64,000 nt of DNA from the human T2T-CHM13v2.0 reference genome, Homo sapiens (GCF_009914755.1 NC_060930.1); one strand, 5' to 3'; positions 41,033 through 57,234 are shown, numbered from the stretch's first letter. Notes: generated by a model from the letters alone, not told the origin. Made by a program: numbers and translations.

Positions 41033-41541
41033 ATTAATTTTCTGCCTTCTTGAGGAATGGGAGTTGGGGATTAAAGCTAAGAACAGTTATTATAAAATCC
41101 ATTTATCATGTACCTAGCAAGTAAGATTTTCATAGCCACAAAATTGAATTGCAAAAATATAACTTATGAAAAGAAAGTTGTGTACATAAAGCTTGTTATC
41201 TTTTGTAGAAGGTGACTATGATATCGAGAAATGCAGGAGTTCATCCAGGGGATTGTGGAGTAAAAGGGGAGGATACAATGAGAGAGGAAGGAAAGGAATA
41301 CAATCAGGTATTTTTCCCAATTTCGCTTGCCTGGTTTAGCTTAGTGACAGGGGTAGTAGCTATAAGCACAGGGGTGAGAATTCTTGCTCTGACATTGGTT
41401 TGATACCCTATGAGGAGGGCCCTGGATGGAACATTTCACACTAGCACTGGGGCTTAACTAGGGGGGTTAAGAGGCAAACAATAATAAAAGGCATAATAAA
41501 GGAGAAAAGGAGGCTCTAATTTTCACTTAAATGTCATCTCC

Positions 41542-41844
<303 letters not shown>

Positions 41845-42497
41845 TGTCACCTCCTTTTTTTCTGCATGACCTGACCACTCAGATGAGAATGAGTAGTCTC
41901 CTCCTAGTCCACAGCAAGACAATACCAGAGGAAAAGTATGAGTGGCCCACCTAGGCCAAAGACGTGATGAAAAATATGGTAAAGTTTCAGCAGGGCTGAA
42001 AAAGCCCTGGAGACCATGGTATCCAGAAAGTTGCCTCTGGGCTATGACCAAGTTGAGAGAGAGAGAGACACCATGAGTCGCTCTTGCTCAAGAGGTCACA
42101 GGAAAATTCATACATGGGGCCAGTAACATTTCAAAGGTCATAGGTGCTGAATGACAAGCACAGGGAAAAGCCAGGGGATTCCAAGCCCTCCACAGTATGA
42201 AGTCCTGTAAGCCACTTGCCCATTATAATAATGATTTGAACCATAATGTAGCTGACAAAATTTAATTGATACCCTCCATTTTAGAAAGGACTCAAAGAGG
42301 GAGAGTTTAAAAATAAGATAATTTGGGTAATTAACCCAATAGATCGTGCACAACTTGGGTGTTTAAACTGTTAAATCAAATTAAGTTGACAACTACTTTG
42401 GATTTTGGTAACATTCCCATCACATTATCAAGCAGGAGGGAGCTTACATAGAAGACCAGAACACTTAAAGATGAAAATATAGAGAATACATTTTTTT

Positions 42498-42810
42498 GGC
42501 CAGGTGCGGTGGCTCACACCTGTAATCCCAGCACTTTGGGAGGCTGAGGCGGGCGGATCACAAGGTCAGGAGACTGAGACCATCCTGGCTAACATGGTGA
42601 AACCGCGTCTCTACTAAAAATACAAAAAAATTAGCCGGGTGTGGTGGCGGGCGACTGTAGTCCCAGCTACTCAGGAGGCTGAGGCAGGAGAATGGCATGA
42701 ACCCAGGAGGCAGAGCTTGCCGTGAGCCGAGATCGAGCCACTGCACTCCAGCCTGGGCTACAGAGCGAGACTCCATCTCAAAAAAAAAAAGAAAAGAAAA
42801 GAAAAAAAGG
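42498..42810 (+). mobile_element. AluY
   Basis: accatcctggctaaca, gaatggcatgaaccc and gagcttgc diagnostics; A-rich tail; TSD core AATACATTTT. Confidence 0.97.
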
Positions 42811-43079
42811 AAAATACATTTTCATTGCATATCCCAGTTATAATGGGAGCATATTTGAGGCCTTACAACATGTATATGGAAAAATTATCTAGCTGACAAT
42901 TTAACAGTATTTTATATTCTCCTGGAGGTGTTTCATGAAAAATTAAGTATGGGAAGTATTTTCCTTCACCTATTCTTTCCCCAACCACAGTTACCACTCC
43001 ATAAAATCAAGCCTCAATAAATTGAAGATGTAGATAACTTATTTTACTTAGGAAAAGATTAATAGGGCTTCATCATACT

Positions 43080-43320
43080 GAGAGGCAGTAAAATGTAGTA
43101 GCTACGAGTATAAGCTCTGAGGCCAGAATGTATCAATTAGAATTCTGGTTCTGTCACTTATTGACTAAATGACAAGTCACTTAACCTCTCTGTGTCTCAG
43201 TATTCCTCATCTGCAAGATGGATACAATAAAAGTAGGTCTTAATGTTGTGATTATTAAGTTAAAACATTTGAAGTGCCACATACAGTAAGCACTAATTAA
43301 GCTTTGCTGTTACTATTATT
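43080..43320 (+). mobile_element. MIR SINE, near full length
   Basis: gctctgaggccaga...aattctggttctgtcactta...caagtcacttaacctctctgtgtctcagt...cctcatctgcaagatgg. Confidence 0.85.
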
Positions 43321-46300
43321 TATTGATTGATTTATTTAAAAACCTGGGCTCATTGAAATTGCAGCCTGACTTTTCCAACTCTGAAAGATGATGGAAAGAG
43401 TTGAATAAGGAGAACATGACCAACTTGTGCGTCCCTGAGACTGAGCAGAGCAGAGGGTAGGGAACATGCAAGTGGTAGCCTGTTCATTTCTCCTTGGTGC
43501 TGCCAGTTTGATGGCAGGACGCTGCTGTGGATGCAGCAATGGCCTGCGGTCAAATGTTTTGGGACCTGGGCAAAGGTTCTAGGGTTGAGATGCCTATGGT
43601 GAGAACAGAGAATGTGAGCGGAGGAGCTGCCTGCGCAGCCCTAGATTATAATGGCTTAAATTGGAGAGACTGATGTAGGAGCCTTCCAAACATGAACTGT
43701 TTTCCGTTATCCAGGCTGTAGATCTTAGAGCTAGATATAATTTGATTTTATAAACAAGTATGTGTAGTTTTTTAAACCTTAATATCCATGAGAAAATTAA
43801 TAACCACTGCTTATAATAATGAATTAAACCATAAAGTAGTTGACAAAATTTAATGATGCTTTTAAGAGACCATTGAACTGTGTTCTATATACTCCTATTT
43901 TTAGGCAGATCTCTTAAATATTGTTAATCAACGTTTTCTTCAAAATAGTTGAGAATATAGGTTAAAACATACTGTGACTTAATATTCTCTTAAAATCAGT
44001 TCAGAAGGAAAAACAAAGAATAAATATTTCCCTCCTTAAGACTGTAAGTGCAGCCCCTGTGCTAAGTCTCTAGAAGATGTCTAAGTCTGAAACCAAAATG
44101 ACATCTGTGAAGTTGAATAAAAAATCTAACTCAAGAGCTACAGAGAAAATATCATGAGGTAGGAAAAAATTCATGTAAATTTGCAAATTCTTAGTGCTAA
44201 TAGTCTATACTATTGGAAAAGTTCAATCACATGCACATTATACTGCCCTATGCTTTCATTTCCTGGCTGGGAGTGGAAATTATTCTCATCAAACTAAGTC
44301 ATATGGGGAACAGAGTTCCAGGGAATACAAATCCCTATCCTTATAGCAGAAATTTATTCTTAATGTAAGAAAAATATAAGAGAAACAGATTGAGTAAGAC
44401 ATGTTCCCAGAGGACATTGGGAGCACTATGATAACAAGTTAATACTTGCTCTATTAAACTCTAAGAAAATAGTGTACTTCTCTTGAAAGATAGAAGAAAA
44501 GCCACTAGTTTCTGGAATAAAAATGGCCATTTTTAAGTTAATGAAAGTATAAACTCAATCATTACATTAGTGATGTTGACAATATCCATTTGCAGTTACA
44601 TGATAAGTTGGACATCCCAATTATGCACGCACACACATACATACACACCCACCATACACAAGTGAAAGTTCTCAGGAACTTGGTAATACTCATGATATCA
44701 GCAGTCATTCACCAGGAGCCTAATGTAAGGACGCTCAAAATGCCCTTATGAGCCCAGTTTGCACAAAGTAATTGAGATATTTTTAAAAGGAAAAATAGAA
44801 TCCATGTAGGAATGAATGAGGGCTATTAGAGCATGTCTATCAAAGATTAATATTAACTGAAGATCAAGAGGATAAAGTTTAGTGGGGAAATGTAATGTCA
44901 CAGAACTTCAGACTGGGTTCTACGCTCATGAACATCAAAAAGAGTTTTGTTTGCATTGCATAATTGGACATCTAAGAGCAACGCTCATATAAATGAAAAC
45001 TTTGAAAGAGTATCTGCATTAAGAAAAACGTCTTTATATCCACTTGGGAGAAATGATCCTCATATAAAGTTATATAAAATTTGGGATGAACTCTCTCATT
45101 CTTTTTCATCAAAAAACTAGATGAGAGATAATTATTAATGAATCAAGTTTGGTGAGAGAGATGTCAAATGGTTTTATATAAAATGGTAAACAGGCAAGTT
45201 ATTGATAATGTCATACTGTATATATCATTCTTTGTATGTACACTTATTCTTGTGGGCCATGAAATTAATATATAGCATCTACAAATTGATATTCTGTTAT
45301 GCTAATAAATACTCTTATTATAGAGATGTGAAAATAAGTAGAATCCTGTCATTGATACATTTTTATTTGTTTGGTTCAAAAAACACTTTGGCCTATAATG
45401 CGGATGCCTCTAACTACCTGTTGAAAGGTATAGTTAGTGCCTAGAAGAAAACAAGTAGCCTGATGTAAACCTAAATATTGAAAATTTCAGGAAATATCAT
45501 AGCAATAAACACTACTACAAAGAAACATTCAATACAACAATGCCTGTTTTTTTCGTCTTAAAAGTTGATATGAGAACAATGTTTAGTTACCTTGGTTACA
45601 GCAAATTCTGCACAATATGCTGTTTGTCTCTGAAGGAAATTTGTGTATGTGTTATTGTGGGAGGTAGTAGCAAAGAGAAATTGATATATTTTTACAGATT
45701 TTTCTTCTATTATTAAGTAATTTTTGTGTCAACCTTCTTTCGTCGATTAAATAAAAATATACTTATGCAAACATCACTCTTCTGCCTAAAACTATCCTTA
45801 GGCATACCTCTGCATACTTCTCATTTACCCACCAGACACAGAGACTTCTGCCTAAGGAAAGGAAATAAGGAGTTTGATGGTCAGCATAAACTTTAAAAGT
45901 GGCAGTATATGATTTTATCACCAGATGTGGAATATGAGAATTACAAAAATTGAGCTAGAGAGTTATTTTCTCCTGATATTTCTTCTTGACCTTGGAAACT
46001 GGGAGAAGTGAGTTATTCTTGTAAGACAATGAGGAAATGTAAGTGATGAAATGTAAAAACGAAACAAAACCCCCCCAAAAACCCTCAGAGTCTAGAATTA
46101 TCTTTCTTCTACCACAGCTACTTCCGTCGGTGAAGGAAAACTTACATTCTGGCTGCATTTGTCAAGGGTGGCTCCATATTGAGGAAGTAGCTAATCAATG
46201 CAATGAAAGCATGAGCAGCCAACAGTCTTGTTTCCTTATGCAAGTGATACTCTGGGTTCAATTCTCTTCACTATAGAAGAAAGCAGGAAATCTGGTTCCT

Positions 46301-46379
46301 TTCTTCTGCTGCTTCTCCTGTCTCCTCATCTTGCAGGTAGCCTGGTGCAGAAAAATAAAGAGCAGGAATAATTAGCTGT

Positions 46380-46870
46380 CTTATATAGTAACCAGTCTCC
46401 CATTTTTTCTTTAATTACAGAATTTTGAATCTTACTGAATTATTATTGCATAATTGGCCACTCTGTAAAAGGACAATGTTCTCCAGCCTCCCTTGCAGCT
46501 ATATGTGGCTACATAACCAAGTTTTGAACTATGGGATTTGAACAGCTGAGATGAGTGTAACTTCTGGGTCACATAGTTAAAGGAAATAATTGTGCCCTCT
46601 CTGGCTGTTTTCCCTCTTTATCCTGATGAGAACAAAGGCATGATGGCAAGATCTGAAACAATGAACTTGGCCCAGCTAATGGAAGCCATGCATTAAAGAT
46701 GGCAGAGCAGCAAGTTAGAAGAGTCCTGGGTTCCTGGAGGTTGTCAGATCTCCTTCTTTGTCTCAGACTGTAATGTTCAAACTTTTCATGAGGGAGAAAT
46801 AAACTTCTAACTTACCTAATGCACTGTTACAGTGGGTCTCTCTGTTATAACAGTGGAACTTTGATGTTGC
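46380..46870 (+). mobile_element. MLT1J-like MaLR LTR
   Basis: ccagcctcccttgcagcta...aagatggcagagca...gagaaataaacttcta...ctgtta motifs. Confidence 0.7.
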
Positions 46871-46967
46871 CAAAACTTATAAACAGCAAAATGGGAGCTT
46901 CTCAAAATTTAATGGACACAAGAATCACCTAGGGATCATGTTAAAATGCTGATTCTGATTCAGTAGA

Positions 46968-47519
<552 letters not shown>

Positions 47520-50500
47520 GTAGGTATAAAGCAAATCCTGAGAGTTTGCATTTCTAGTTAGTTCCCAATGCTGCTGCTCTGAGCACTATGCTTTGCATAG
47601 TAAGATTCTAGAAAACTGTTTTTCAGGAATCATATGCTTCAGTCCAGACTTTGACAGAAATTTTCTGTGAAACCTCAGGAATGCCATGCAGTACGTAGCT
47701 CTCACTTCCTCATCTATGAGATGAGAATGTTGGATTATATGATCCCTGTGACCCTCTCAGGATCTAATACATGGTAACTTTGTGACCCTCTTGCCAAGAG
47801 GTCCAGGTGGGAAGGCAACATGGGGATAGAGCTTGTGGCACAGCAGACCCCAGAGCTGTATCAAAGTGTGTGGTCATCATGCATGGCTTCTTGGTGCTGT
47901 GGCACTGATTTCCTGTGTTGTTACACCCGATGGACATTTGTAAGTTGTATGGGCAGCCATTGAGCTGGTGACATCTTACATCCAGCAACTTGATGCATGA
48001 GAAAAGAGACTCAATTCTAGCATGTTAGATCTGGAAGAGAAATCTAAGAGCTTGATTTTCTTTCTTCCCCAGGAAACTCATTTCCCAGCGCAAAGGACAG
48101 AGCAGGTCCAATGACATGAAACAACCTCTTTGTGTCATTACCTTATATTTTATGCATATGTGTGTTATAATGACTGTAGAATAATCTTACAAATTAGAGA
48201 ACTATGTCAATGAACTTACTCGTTTACTTCCCAAATCTGGACTAGGATTTGGAAAATTTTAATAATAGCATCACTATTTCATTTATTCTTTAAGAGTAAT
48301 AACAAAGAGTCTTAAAATTACAATCTGTCAAAGTTGTGCTTCTATTAGAAGCTTTCAGGTGCTGTAAACAGGGCTGTGCTGTAGAATACAGATATTCCTT
48401 CTGACAGTATGATCCATACCTATTTGTCAGCTTTACTTTCTAAAATCCTAAATTGAAAAAGGGCTTTGTTATTATCCTTTGGGGCCACAACCAAATGGAG
48501 CTGTAATCATTCTTGAATGGTGAGAATCTGTTTTCATCCATACTACAGAACTTTTAGTCTCAAAACAGATATATTCAAATGTACAATATGGTCCAGTAGC
48601 CACCAGACAGTCTTTACGTAGGGGTTGCAATTCCTTCACTCTCCTGTTGTCTTAAAGCCCAATCATAACATGGCATGAAAAATGGGCTTACTGCATTGTA
48701 CTAATGCTAATAGATTGTTTACTGATGGGGTTTTGGGTGGCCTTATATCAATAGAATAGCAAAGGCTACTCTAGGAACATATCTGTTCTGAGAACATATA
48801 TCTATTCATTCAAAGTAAGATTGTATATGTATATATCCCACATATCTGGGATAAATAGATTTCTTAACTTTTACCTGAAATGCTGCAGGAGGTTTGTGTT
48901 CATTTCAGTGTGACTACATGTATGTAAGTGTGCTTTTGCTATGTGTGTGTATGTATGCATGTGTGGTATGTGCACATGGGTTAAGACTGTGAGTGGAAAA
49001 AAGAGTCAATTTCTTTTTCTTAGCATGTGAATTTGAATGCAATCAAGAACTTTAATTTATTTTCTTATTTTCTCAGTGTCAAGTACTTTTTCTGTCTCCC
49101 TCCCTTAAAAAATTGCCTTAGGAGAGTCTTCTAATAGATGCTACTCTTTTTTTTAATGCCTAAAGGACATGATTGCTTAAACAAAATGAAACAAAAAAAG
49201 AGCTAGAAAGCGGCAAAGGGATGGAAGACATTTGACCAGAAATAGGAACCTATTGCTGCCTTGGGTGGAAGTATTCTTTCTCAACATTTGGGGTTAAGGA
49301 CAGAAAAAGAAATGAGGATATGAGAAAAAAAAATATCTGAGTGGACAAAAACTGACACTTATCTTTATTTAAGCCCATTTATTTCTATTTTAAATTGTCC
49401 CTGGAAAGAAAAACAGGATGGAAAGCTTAAAAGGGATAGAACCTGGTATCCGTGTATTCTATCCTTCACCTACCATATTAAAATAGATCCACTTGCTCTA
49501 AAGGAGGTTGACATAACCTTTTATGAACTATCAATGCTATATCAAAAATCCTGACATTCTTCATTCTACAGAATACAAACAGCACCTTTCATATTGTGAC
49601 AGCAAAGCACCGTGGTAGTCTGATTTGTGGTTGTTTGGATGTTTGGTTTTTAAAATTATTTTCATTAATTTTATAAAGTGTTAGGAGTTGAATGACTGTG
49701 AAAGAACAAATACATCTAGTTTATCTTTGTTGCATTTCTTCTGGTCTATTTTCATTTGTCGAGGAATGACAATATTCAGGAGCTAGTGGCAATTGAAATC
49801 AGACTTTGAGAATTTTGGCTCAGCTTGAGATAGCTTATTGTAAAAACATCAGAGTTAGTTGTGTTGTTTTAAACTGGTCGGATCATTGCTAACTGATTTG
49901 CACAAGGAATTAACTTCATTTTATGGAAGAATTTGTATTCATCTACTGTTGACTGCCTTATTCCTATCTCAACATTAGTCTATTCAGAATGTGGGATCAG
50001 CTGCATATCTCTGGCCCTCTATCGAACCCTGACAATATAATGGACCTATTTTGTAGTTAATTCATGGTGTCTGGTATGGATCCAGCAGTTTAACAGATGG
50101 ATCTCTAGTCAGTCTCTTCTCAAACTCTTTATTAAATATTTATAGAGCCAGATTGAAAATAGGCCCAGCTTTGCTCCTGGAGGTATGTGTACAGACCTCT
50201 GGACCAGGGAAGATCAACCTGGTCAGTTCAGGGAGGAGAGACAAAATCTTTTCTTCAAAAAGTTTCAGAAGCACATTGAGTAATTGCCTTACTCATAGTG
50301 AGATCACAAGTACTTCAGCAGCATTCTATATAGTAAACAGAATGTTACCTTGAAAATAGGAAGCTGCTGTTAGTGTGGGAAGATAAAGATGCCCACCAGG
50401 TTCATGAGTAAATCTGAATATTTGAAGCCAGGATTTATCCCGCCATGAGAAAATGTGGAAATGAATAATGGCACCTTTTACTTAAGTAGTATATATATAC

Positions 50501-53500
50501 ATATATGAGGAGTTGCCAGGAGAAAGTGTTAATGAGAAGAGTTTGTAAAAAATGAGTAGACTTGGGGATTTAGAAACACTTAAAATATCATTCATTGGAC
50601 ACGTAGAAGAAGGTGTTAAAATGAAAATGCCAAAGTTGTTCCAGTCTTTTACTAAATTGGGGAATGGAGGAGGCATGGAAAGGGGTGCTGAACTGAGGAT
50701 ATTCCCTTAGGCAGAGAAGAGCCCTGATGCTCTTAGAGGGGGCAACCTCTCCAGGTCAAATGCTGCTTGAGATAAGAGCAAAGGTGGTTGTTGTTGGTTT
50801 GTAGATCTATGAAGGACTCTTGCATTCTAAGATGTGCTGTAGTGCTTCTAGAATAAATGCCAAGACCACAACACTCACACTGCCTTTATGTGTTACATAA
50901 TCATCAGGTTAGAGAAGGCTGCAGGCTTTTGGTCCATCTCCTTGCCTTTGGACAGTTTCCTTTGAAATTGTCCCAAAGACTTAGAGACTTATCCAGGGAA
51001 ATGTCATTGTGCCAGATCATAACCACATACTTAATTTTAGTGCCACAAGATAAATTACTACCTCCAGATTTTAAAGGTATTTATTTCAGTGGTTCCAGGA
51101 GAATTTTCAAGACCTTTTTACCTAAAGTTTCAAAGGACAGTGCTAATTTGGCAGTATATGAAACCATGAATATCATTTTCATTTGGCTAACTTCTTGAGT
51201 TAATCAAGTTAGAACAATAAATGGACTTATGGCAAATACTCTTTACTATTATAAATACTGAACCTGATGCCTCTCCTTGAGCCAAGAAAGCTAGCAACTA
51301 TTCTTCCATGCTAAAAGGAATCTTCTTTTGTTTCCAGTTCTGTTGACTTAGCTGTTTGTCATCAAGAATCTGATACGTCCAGGGCACTGTATTAGGAGCC
51401 ATTGAAAGATTATGAAGAAAAATAGATTCTTGAACAGCCCTTGCATTTGGGAGAGTTCATAATCTAGTAGTGCAGGGGGTAGGGGTTAGAGAAGAAGAAT
51501 CATACATGAAAAGCCTTAAGAATATTTTCATAGAAAACTGAGTTTGGTGTGGCCAAGGGCATATACATAATGAATGAATGATTAGGGGCAGATAGAGTTA
51601 ATCAAGGTTTTTCTTACATGTGTTGACTTTCCTAAAGTACTATAAATATGGGCTGAATTTAGTGTCTGGCATAAGGCAGGAACAAATGAATATTTACTGT
51701 TGATGATGTGTAAGGTAAGATCCCTGAAAATATTCTCCTCTTGGGGTACAATGTTAGCAACCCAGCTCTGGGGAATTGTGGGTCAGAGTAGGTGTTAACT
51801 CTGGCTGTTGCTATGGAAATGATTTAAGCAGCTGCATTTGCAAGGTTAAGAGCCTCATTCAAACACACCTACAGGAAATGTTATACTTTGGGGGAAGATC
51901 TGGGTCAAACATAAGCAATGCAGCACTATACCTCAATTGACAGCATAGAGTTCAGAAGGCCCAGGAGCAAGGTTGCTCTAGGGACATTTGCAGGTTTTCA
52001 GGTTGCCTCACTCTAGGGGTGAGAGTGAGGAGATAGATGCTGCTCTCTCTCTGGCTCCCAGAGTGGAAATTACAGCAAGACCAGCTACATCATGTAGCAT
52101 CAGGGACACCCTTTCCTTCTATTAAATAGAAGCCACCTCTGAGGATTCCTAGCCATATTTATTAATCAGAAGAAATGATTGTTTTTGATAACCCCACAAT
52201 AAGGGTGCTATGAGGGACCGATGCTGAGCCTTGTTTGAAGTGTATTCTTCCAGTCTCTCAAAGGACATCAAATAGCAAATGAAGCTGTATTATATGGCAT
52301 TTGTATAATTTCATGTAAATTCTCAGAGGTGGAAGAAATACAAATAATCACATCTGCCCACACTTGAGATGCGTAAAAAGATAATGTAAAGATACAGAGT
52401 ATCTCTTAAAGTCTTTAGAAAGAAAAGCAATAGAAACTACGGTCATATTTTGATATTTGTTCTGGGATTACTTTGGATTTTTATTTGTCTTTTTACAAAC
52501 ATAGCCTCATTACAGAGGGAGTTTTTGGACCTGGTTTTGAAACAGAGGTAATATTTGTCTGTTATATAGTAAGAAGACTACTCAACTTTATTGTCCACAA
52601 AATCAAAATAATAAAATTTAAAAGGTGTTTTCTTTTCTTGAGCTGGTAAAACTCATAACTTTTTTTAAAAAGCTCATTTTTTATTATTTGTGTTTCAGAG
52701 TTCACCAAGTAAAACAGACTGAGCTGGGCCATTACCGTTCTCATCAGTTTAGATTTATATGATGCATGCATTGAAATGAACATCTGGACAGTTAGAGAAT
52801 GCATTTCAATTGAAGGCCCTTGTAGCATATTTTTTTTCCATATTTAGAGCATTCCTGTGGAAAACAACACAAGTAGGAAAACAACATACAGTAAAAGAGA
52901 AATATTTTTAAAAGCAAGAATTATCAGAAATGGGATTATTGAGAATTTTTATTGCACACAATAAAGGTATAAGTGGGATCATAAAGCACCATGCAGAAAT
53001 AAAACCCATTGACTATTTGGGCTTTATCTTGAATCCAGAGAGCCAATGAACTTGAACTCATATGTGACTTCCAAGGCAACTAGCTGTAACCACAGTTACT
53101 ACTGTCTCCAAGGCCCAAGAGGAGATTTTCAGCCTGGATAAGTATTTCATAGAGACATTTGAGCCAGGTGCTTTATGTAGTAGGATCGGTGATTCAGTGT
53201 GTGGCATTTAACAATGTGAGTCAGAATTAAATGAATGTCTTAGTATTATAGTTGGGGAGTTAATGGAAGGGCCATCTCTTGGATGAGTCATTGAACATAG
53301 ATCCTGCTCTGAACCACTTGCTAAAAATTGTGCAATCATTTTCACAAGCAGATAAGATGATAACCTTGATGTTCTGCCCTTTCTAAGTTCACATGATCAA
53401 GCTGCTCATCTCTCTGTTTCCCCAAAATAGATTTGAGCTATAAAACCACCTTTCATCTTTATTCATTATTTTTTTCCACATGTGTTCTGTGCCTTATTCA

Positions 53501-53541
53501 TTACATGTAAATAATGCAATTATGATATTTTAACTCTTACA

Positions 53542-53677
53542 GTATTCTATTAGAGGTAAACTGCATTTGTTATTTATAGTCTTTCTTTTCTCCAAAAATA
53601 CTTGAGGCAGCTTATAAAAGACACAGATATGCTAAAACTATTCAAGCAAGGGCAAATGAATGTGATTACGGGCTATG
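53542..53677 (+). repeat. Local duplication, copy 1 (partner 57317-57451)
   Basis: Shared ttagaggtaaactgc...ttgaggcagcttataaaa...ctaaaactatt.aagcaagggcaaatga.tgtgatta. Confidence 0.9.
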
Positions 53678-54340
53678 CTAGGTCAAGAGAGAATTTATAG
53701 GCTAAAGATAGCTTCTGAAACTGAGCATCAAATTTAGCTTTGAGCTTCCTGAAAATTATTTTCAACATGCATCATTTTGCCTTTTTAATAAATGTCAATG
53801 TCTGCATTAGTATCTTCTATTCTAGAATATAAGCTTAAGAGGGAGACGGTGCTACAATTTAGTGTGATTTGTCAATCAGATGGCAAGTTTATTGAGGATG
53901 AGTCAGAACTATAATGTGAGACTGAGTAAGTAGGGTGAGAATTCAAAGAAAAGGAGAACCAATCACTTGTTCCTGTCTTCAATGAGGTAGCTGGTCAGTT
54001 GAATAAAACCTGTCATACATTTGAGATGTCTCTCACCATGGAACATATAAGCTAATGAATGTTCACAGAATCCTAACTGGGGATACAATTGTGGGAAAAT
54101 ATTACCCTTAATTAATATATAGTCTGATATTTGAGCAGTTATAGATTCAAGGCAGAAGGCTAGCTTTCAAGGGGAGACTTTCACTCCCATACCTGGCTGC
54201 TGTATGACTGCCCTAGGGCAGCAATCACAGAGACACCACAGGGCAGCCTCTGTTAGGATTAGGATGACTGAGGCATGGTCTAGTTGGATGTTAGGACTGG
54301 GCTCTATTTAGCCTACACAATCCTGTATAATCTTAGAATT

Positions 54341-54510
54341 AAAGAAAAAAGAAAGAAACGAAGGAAGGGAGGGAGGGAAGGATGGAAGGAAGGAAGGAAG
54401 GAAGAAAGGAAGGAAGGAAGGGGGAGGGAGGGAGGGAAGGGAGGGAAGGAAGGAGGGAGGGAGGGAAGGAAGGAAGGTGAAAAGAAGGGAGGGGAGGAAA
54501 AGGGAAAAGG
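54341..54510. repeat. Polypurine (GGAA/GGGA)n low-complexity tract
   Basis: About 170 bp that is almost entirely A/G. Confidence 0.95.
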
Positions 54511-55163
54511 TCTGTTGGTCAATTTCATGGACCTCTTATTATGCCAATGTGAAAATCAGTTAGCTAAATCTTTTGTGTCATTTTTTATCTTTTCTTAAAC
54601 CTTTTTAGGGAGTGATAATTACATACATCTTTCCTGTGTTTTAGGAAGAAATTTTTGAAAGTAGATTAAAAAGTCAGATTGAGATAAATTATTAGGTTTA
54701 TTGCTATCAAAACTGGAATAAAGAGTGGCATAAATATATAGCCATACTAGGCTTTCTATCATTTCTCCCAAGCCAGATGGATTTGAAAGGCCTAGCTGAA
54801 GGCCTATTTGAGTCTGTGGAGAAGACATACTTACTCAGATTTGCTGCCTTATCTACCTGCCATGTTTGGGACAGAGAGAGACATGAGTCTTCAGATCCAT
54901 CTCTAGAAGACAGGCCTGACCCTGATCCAAATGTTCCTACAGTGTGGAAGCAGGAGTTCCAGAAGATATGGATTCATAAGAGGACAAATCTAAAAATAGG
55001 GAAAGGGAGTGGCTATACCACATGTGTTCTTACAGACCAATCCCAGATTAGTCATGCTTCCAACTAGGGTGAGGGGTGAATAAGGTGAGCATGGGCCCCA
55101 GTGACAAGCCACAGGCAGTGGGATGTTCTCATCTTTCGCTGCCAAGTGGGATTTGGGGAGCTA

Positions 55164-55354
55164 AACACACACCACACACACACACATGCACACACTCACA
55201 CATACACACCAACACACAGAGACACATACGCACATGCATGCATATGCACACCATAGCACACACACACACCCCACACACATACATGAACAGATGCACACAC
55301 ACACCACATACAAATGCACATACACAACACACAAGTGCACTCACACAAACACAC
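55164..55354. repeat. Degenerate CA-rich low-complexity tract
   Basis: Imperfect (CA)/(CATA)/(TGCA) units. Confidence 0.9.
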
Positions 55355-57234
55355 TCTTGCCTTGGTTTCATATGTGTAGCTAGAGTGACAAACAGAACAG
55401 GGAAAGGAAGCTCCCCCCAAACAGAGGCCTTTATTAAATTTATAACAATTGGGTTGGTATAGAATAGAGGTTCAGTTAACATTTCTTGAATGAATTACTG
55501 CAGAATGTATTGAATATTATCTATAGGTGAGGTTTTCCATATTTAACTCTGCCACAATATAAGAAAAATGACATTCCCTTCACCTGTGACCTGAGAATTC
55601 TTCATTACCAGATCCCATTTTTGAAAGCATGTGCCTTGTTTGATCTCCTCGGGACTTGATGAGGCTGACAAGTGGTCTCCTATGTTTAAAGGGAATTGCT
55701 CTACCTAAAGACTGGGGATCTATGGGAAAGGGAGAAAGAAAGGCAGAAGGTCCAGCAAGAGGAGAAAATGCTTCGTGTTGTAAGATATGACTTTCCATCC
55801 TGGAATCATCCAGATCTTCACTGAAGTCTGCAATGCCCCGGATTACTTCTGTATGAGTAAATTTCTCATGGAAGTTAGTAAAAGGGGTAAGTTCTGCATT
55901 CTGGGGTCAAGGGACTAAAACAGTCTTACTTCATCTAGGCAGCTGTGGCTGAAATTAGGTTGTGTAAGGCTGAAATTAGGCTGAATGCAACAGTCAGCAC
56001 CCCTATTGATATGCAACCGCAGAATCTATCAACTCATCTAAAATCAAATTTTTCAACAGAGCCTGTTGATAATGTAACCAATAGATAATGTAACTATCTA
56101 CCCTACTCAAAACTAGGCTAATTCCTCAAGGGAATTATGACATTACATAATATGCCTGGTTAGTATGGCATTACATCAGCAATGCAATAATAAGGTAATA
56201 AAGTTATCAGAACTTCCCTTCCAAAATATGGCATTTTAATCCCTGAAGCGTGAATAGAAATTAAATAATACTCAAACTTTTTATTAATTTTTAAAAGTTA
56301 TAATGGATATTCCAATTATTTTGTGTAAATTACATTACCAATTCTAAAAGTTGCATAAATTTTTAAATTTCTGGAAGGAAGACTGTTGTGATTTGACTTG
56401 CAAATATTTTTAGCAAACAAAACAAGCTTCAGAAGTTGACAAAAATGGGTATAGAATGTATACAAATATAAAGTGTTAGTTAGCATACTGGGATAGCTAA
56501 ATCTTCTGTGAAGCTGAGAGATTTGTGCATGCAAGAAAATACCAATTTAGCTGCTATTGTTTGCAAACTTTAAAAATGTATCTCTTCCCTTCTATCTGTG
56601 CTCCCACCAGCTTAGAATGCCTTCATTTTATCCATCTTTCATTATTAAAAACAAATTCTCTCTGGTACTCAAACTCAACTCAATCTCAGTCTTTTAAAAT
56701 ACTCTTCTATTTAAAAAATAACAAAATCTTTAAAGTGGATTCTAATGGCTAATTGTAGTTTTCTTAAGCATAAATCACTCAGATACTGTGTTCTCTGAGT
56801 TATTATATGATTCCGAATGTCCTTTTTATTACCTTTGTTCTTTCAGACTTGGTTGGATAAACAATTCATGTGACACATTTTCTTTCTCCAGAACTTTGTA
56901 GGATTTAACTTCAAATATTGCTGCAAAGAAGTTTCAGGGGATCCTGATTTTGTCTTCTGGTATGTGACATGGGTTTTCTGGAGGTAGCTTGAAAAAGGCT
57001 TTATCTTTGAAGTTCAATAGTGGACCAAGATATGTTTTGGCTTTAAGTGTTTTGTAAAAATTTTGCCTGGATTAGAGTGTGTTCTTTTTATTTTTAGTTA
57101 TTTTTCCCAATTATCTCACCAAAATTTTCTTGTTTTATATTCTTTAATATGTTTTTGGTTTCATGGTTGGCTTTGTTTTCACAGGAATTCAGTTATTTTA
57201 AGTGGGTTTATCTCTCTTGAATGTGGTCACATTG

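Noticed and set aside
54284-55482. Low-complexity ORFs (EGRK-, HT- and CV-rich)
   Set aside because: Translations of microsatellite and low-complexity tracts.
55948-55986. Short duplication of GGCTGAAATTAGG
   Set aside because: Ordinary micro-duplication with no further structure.
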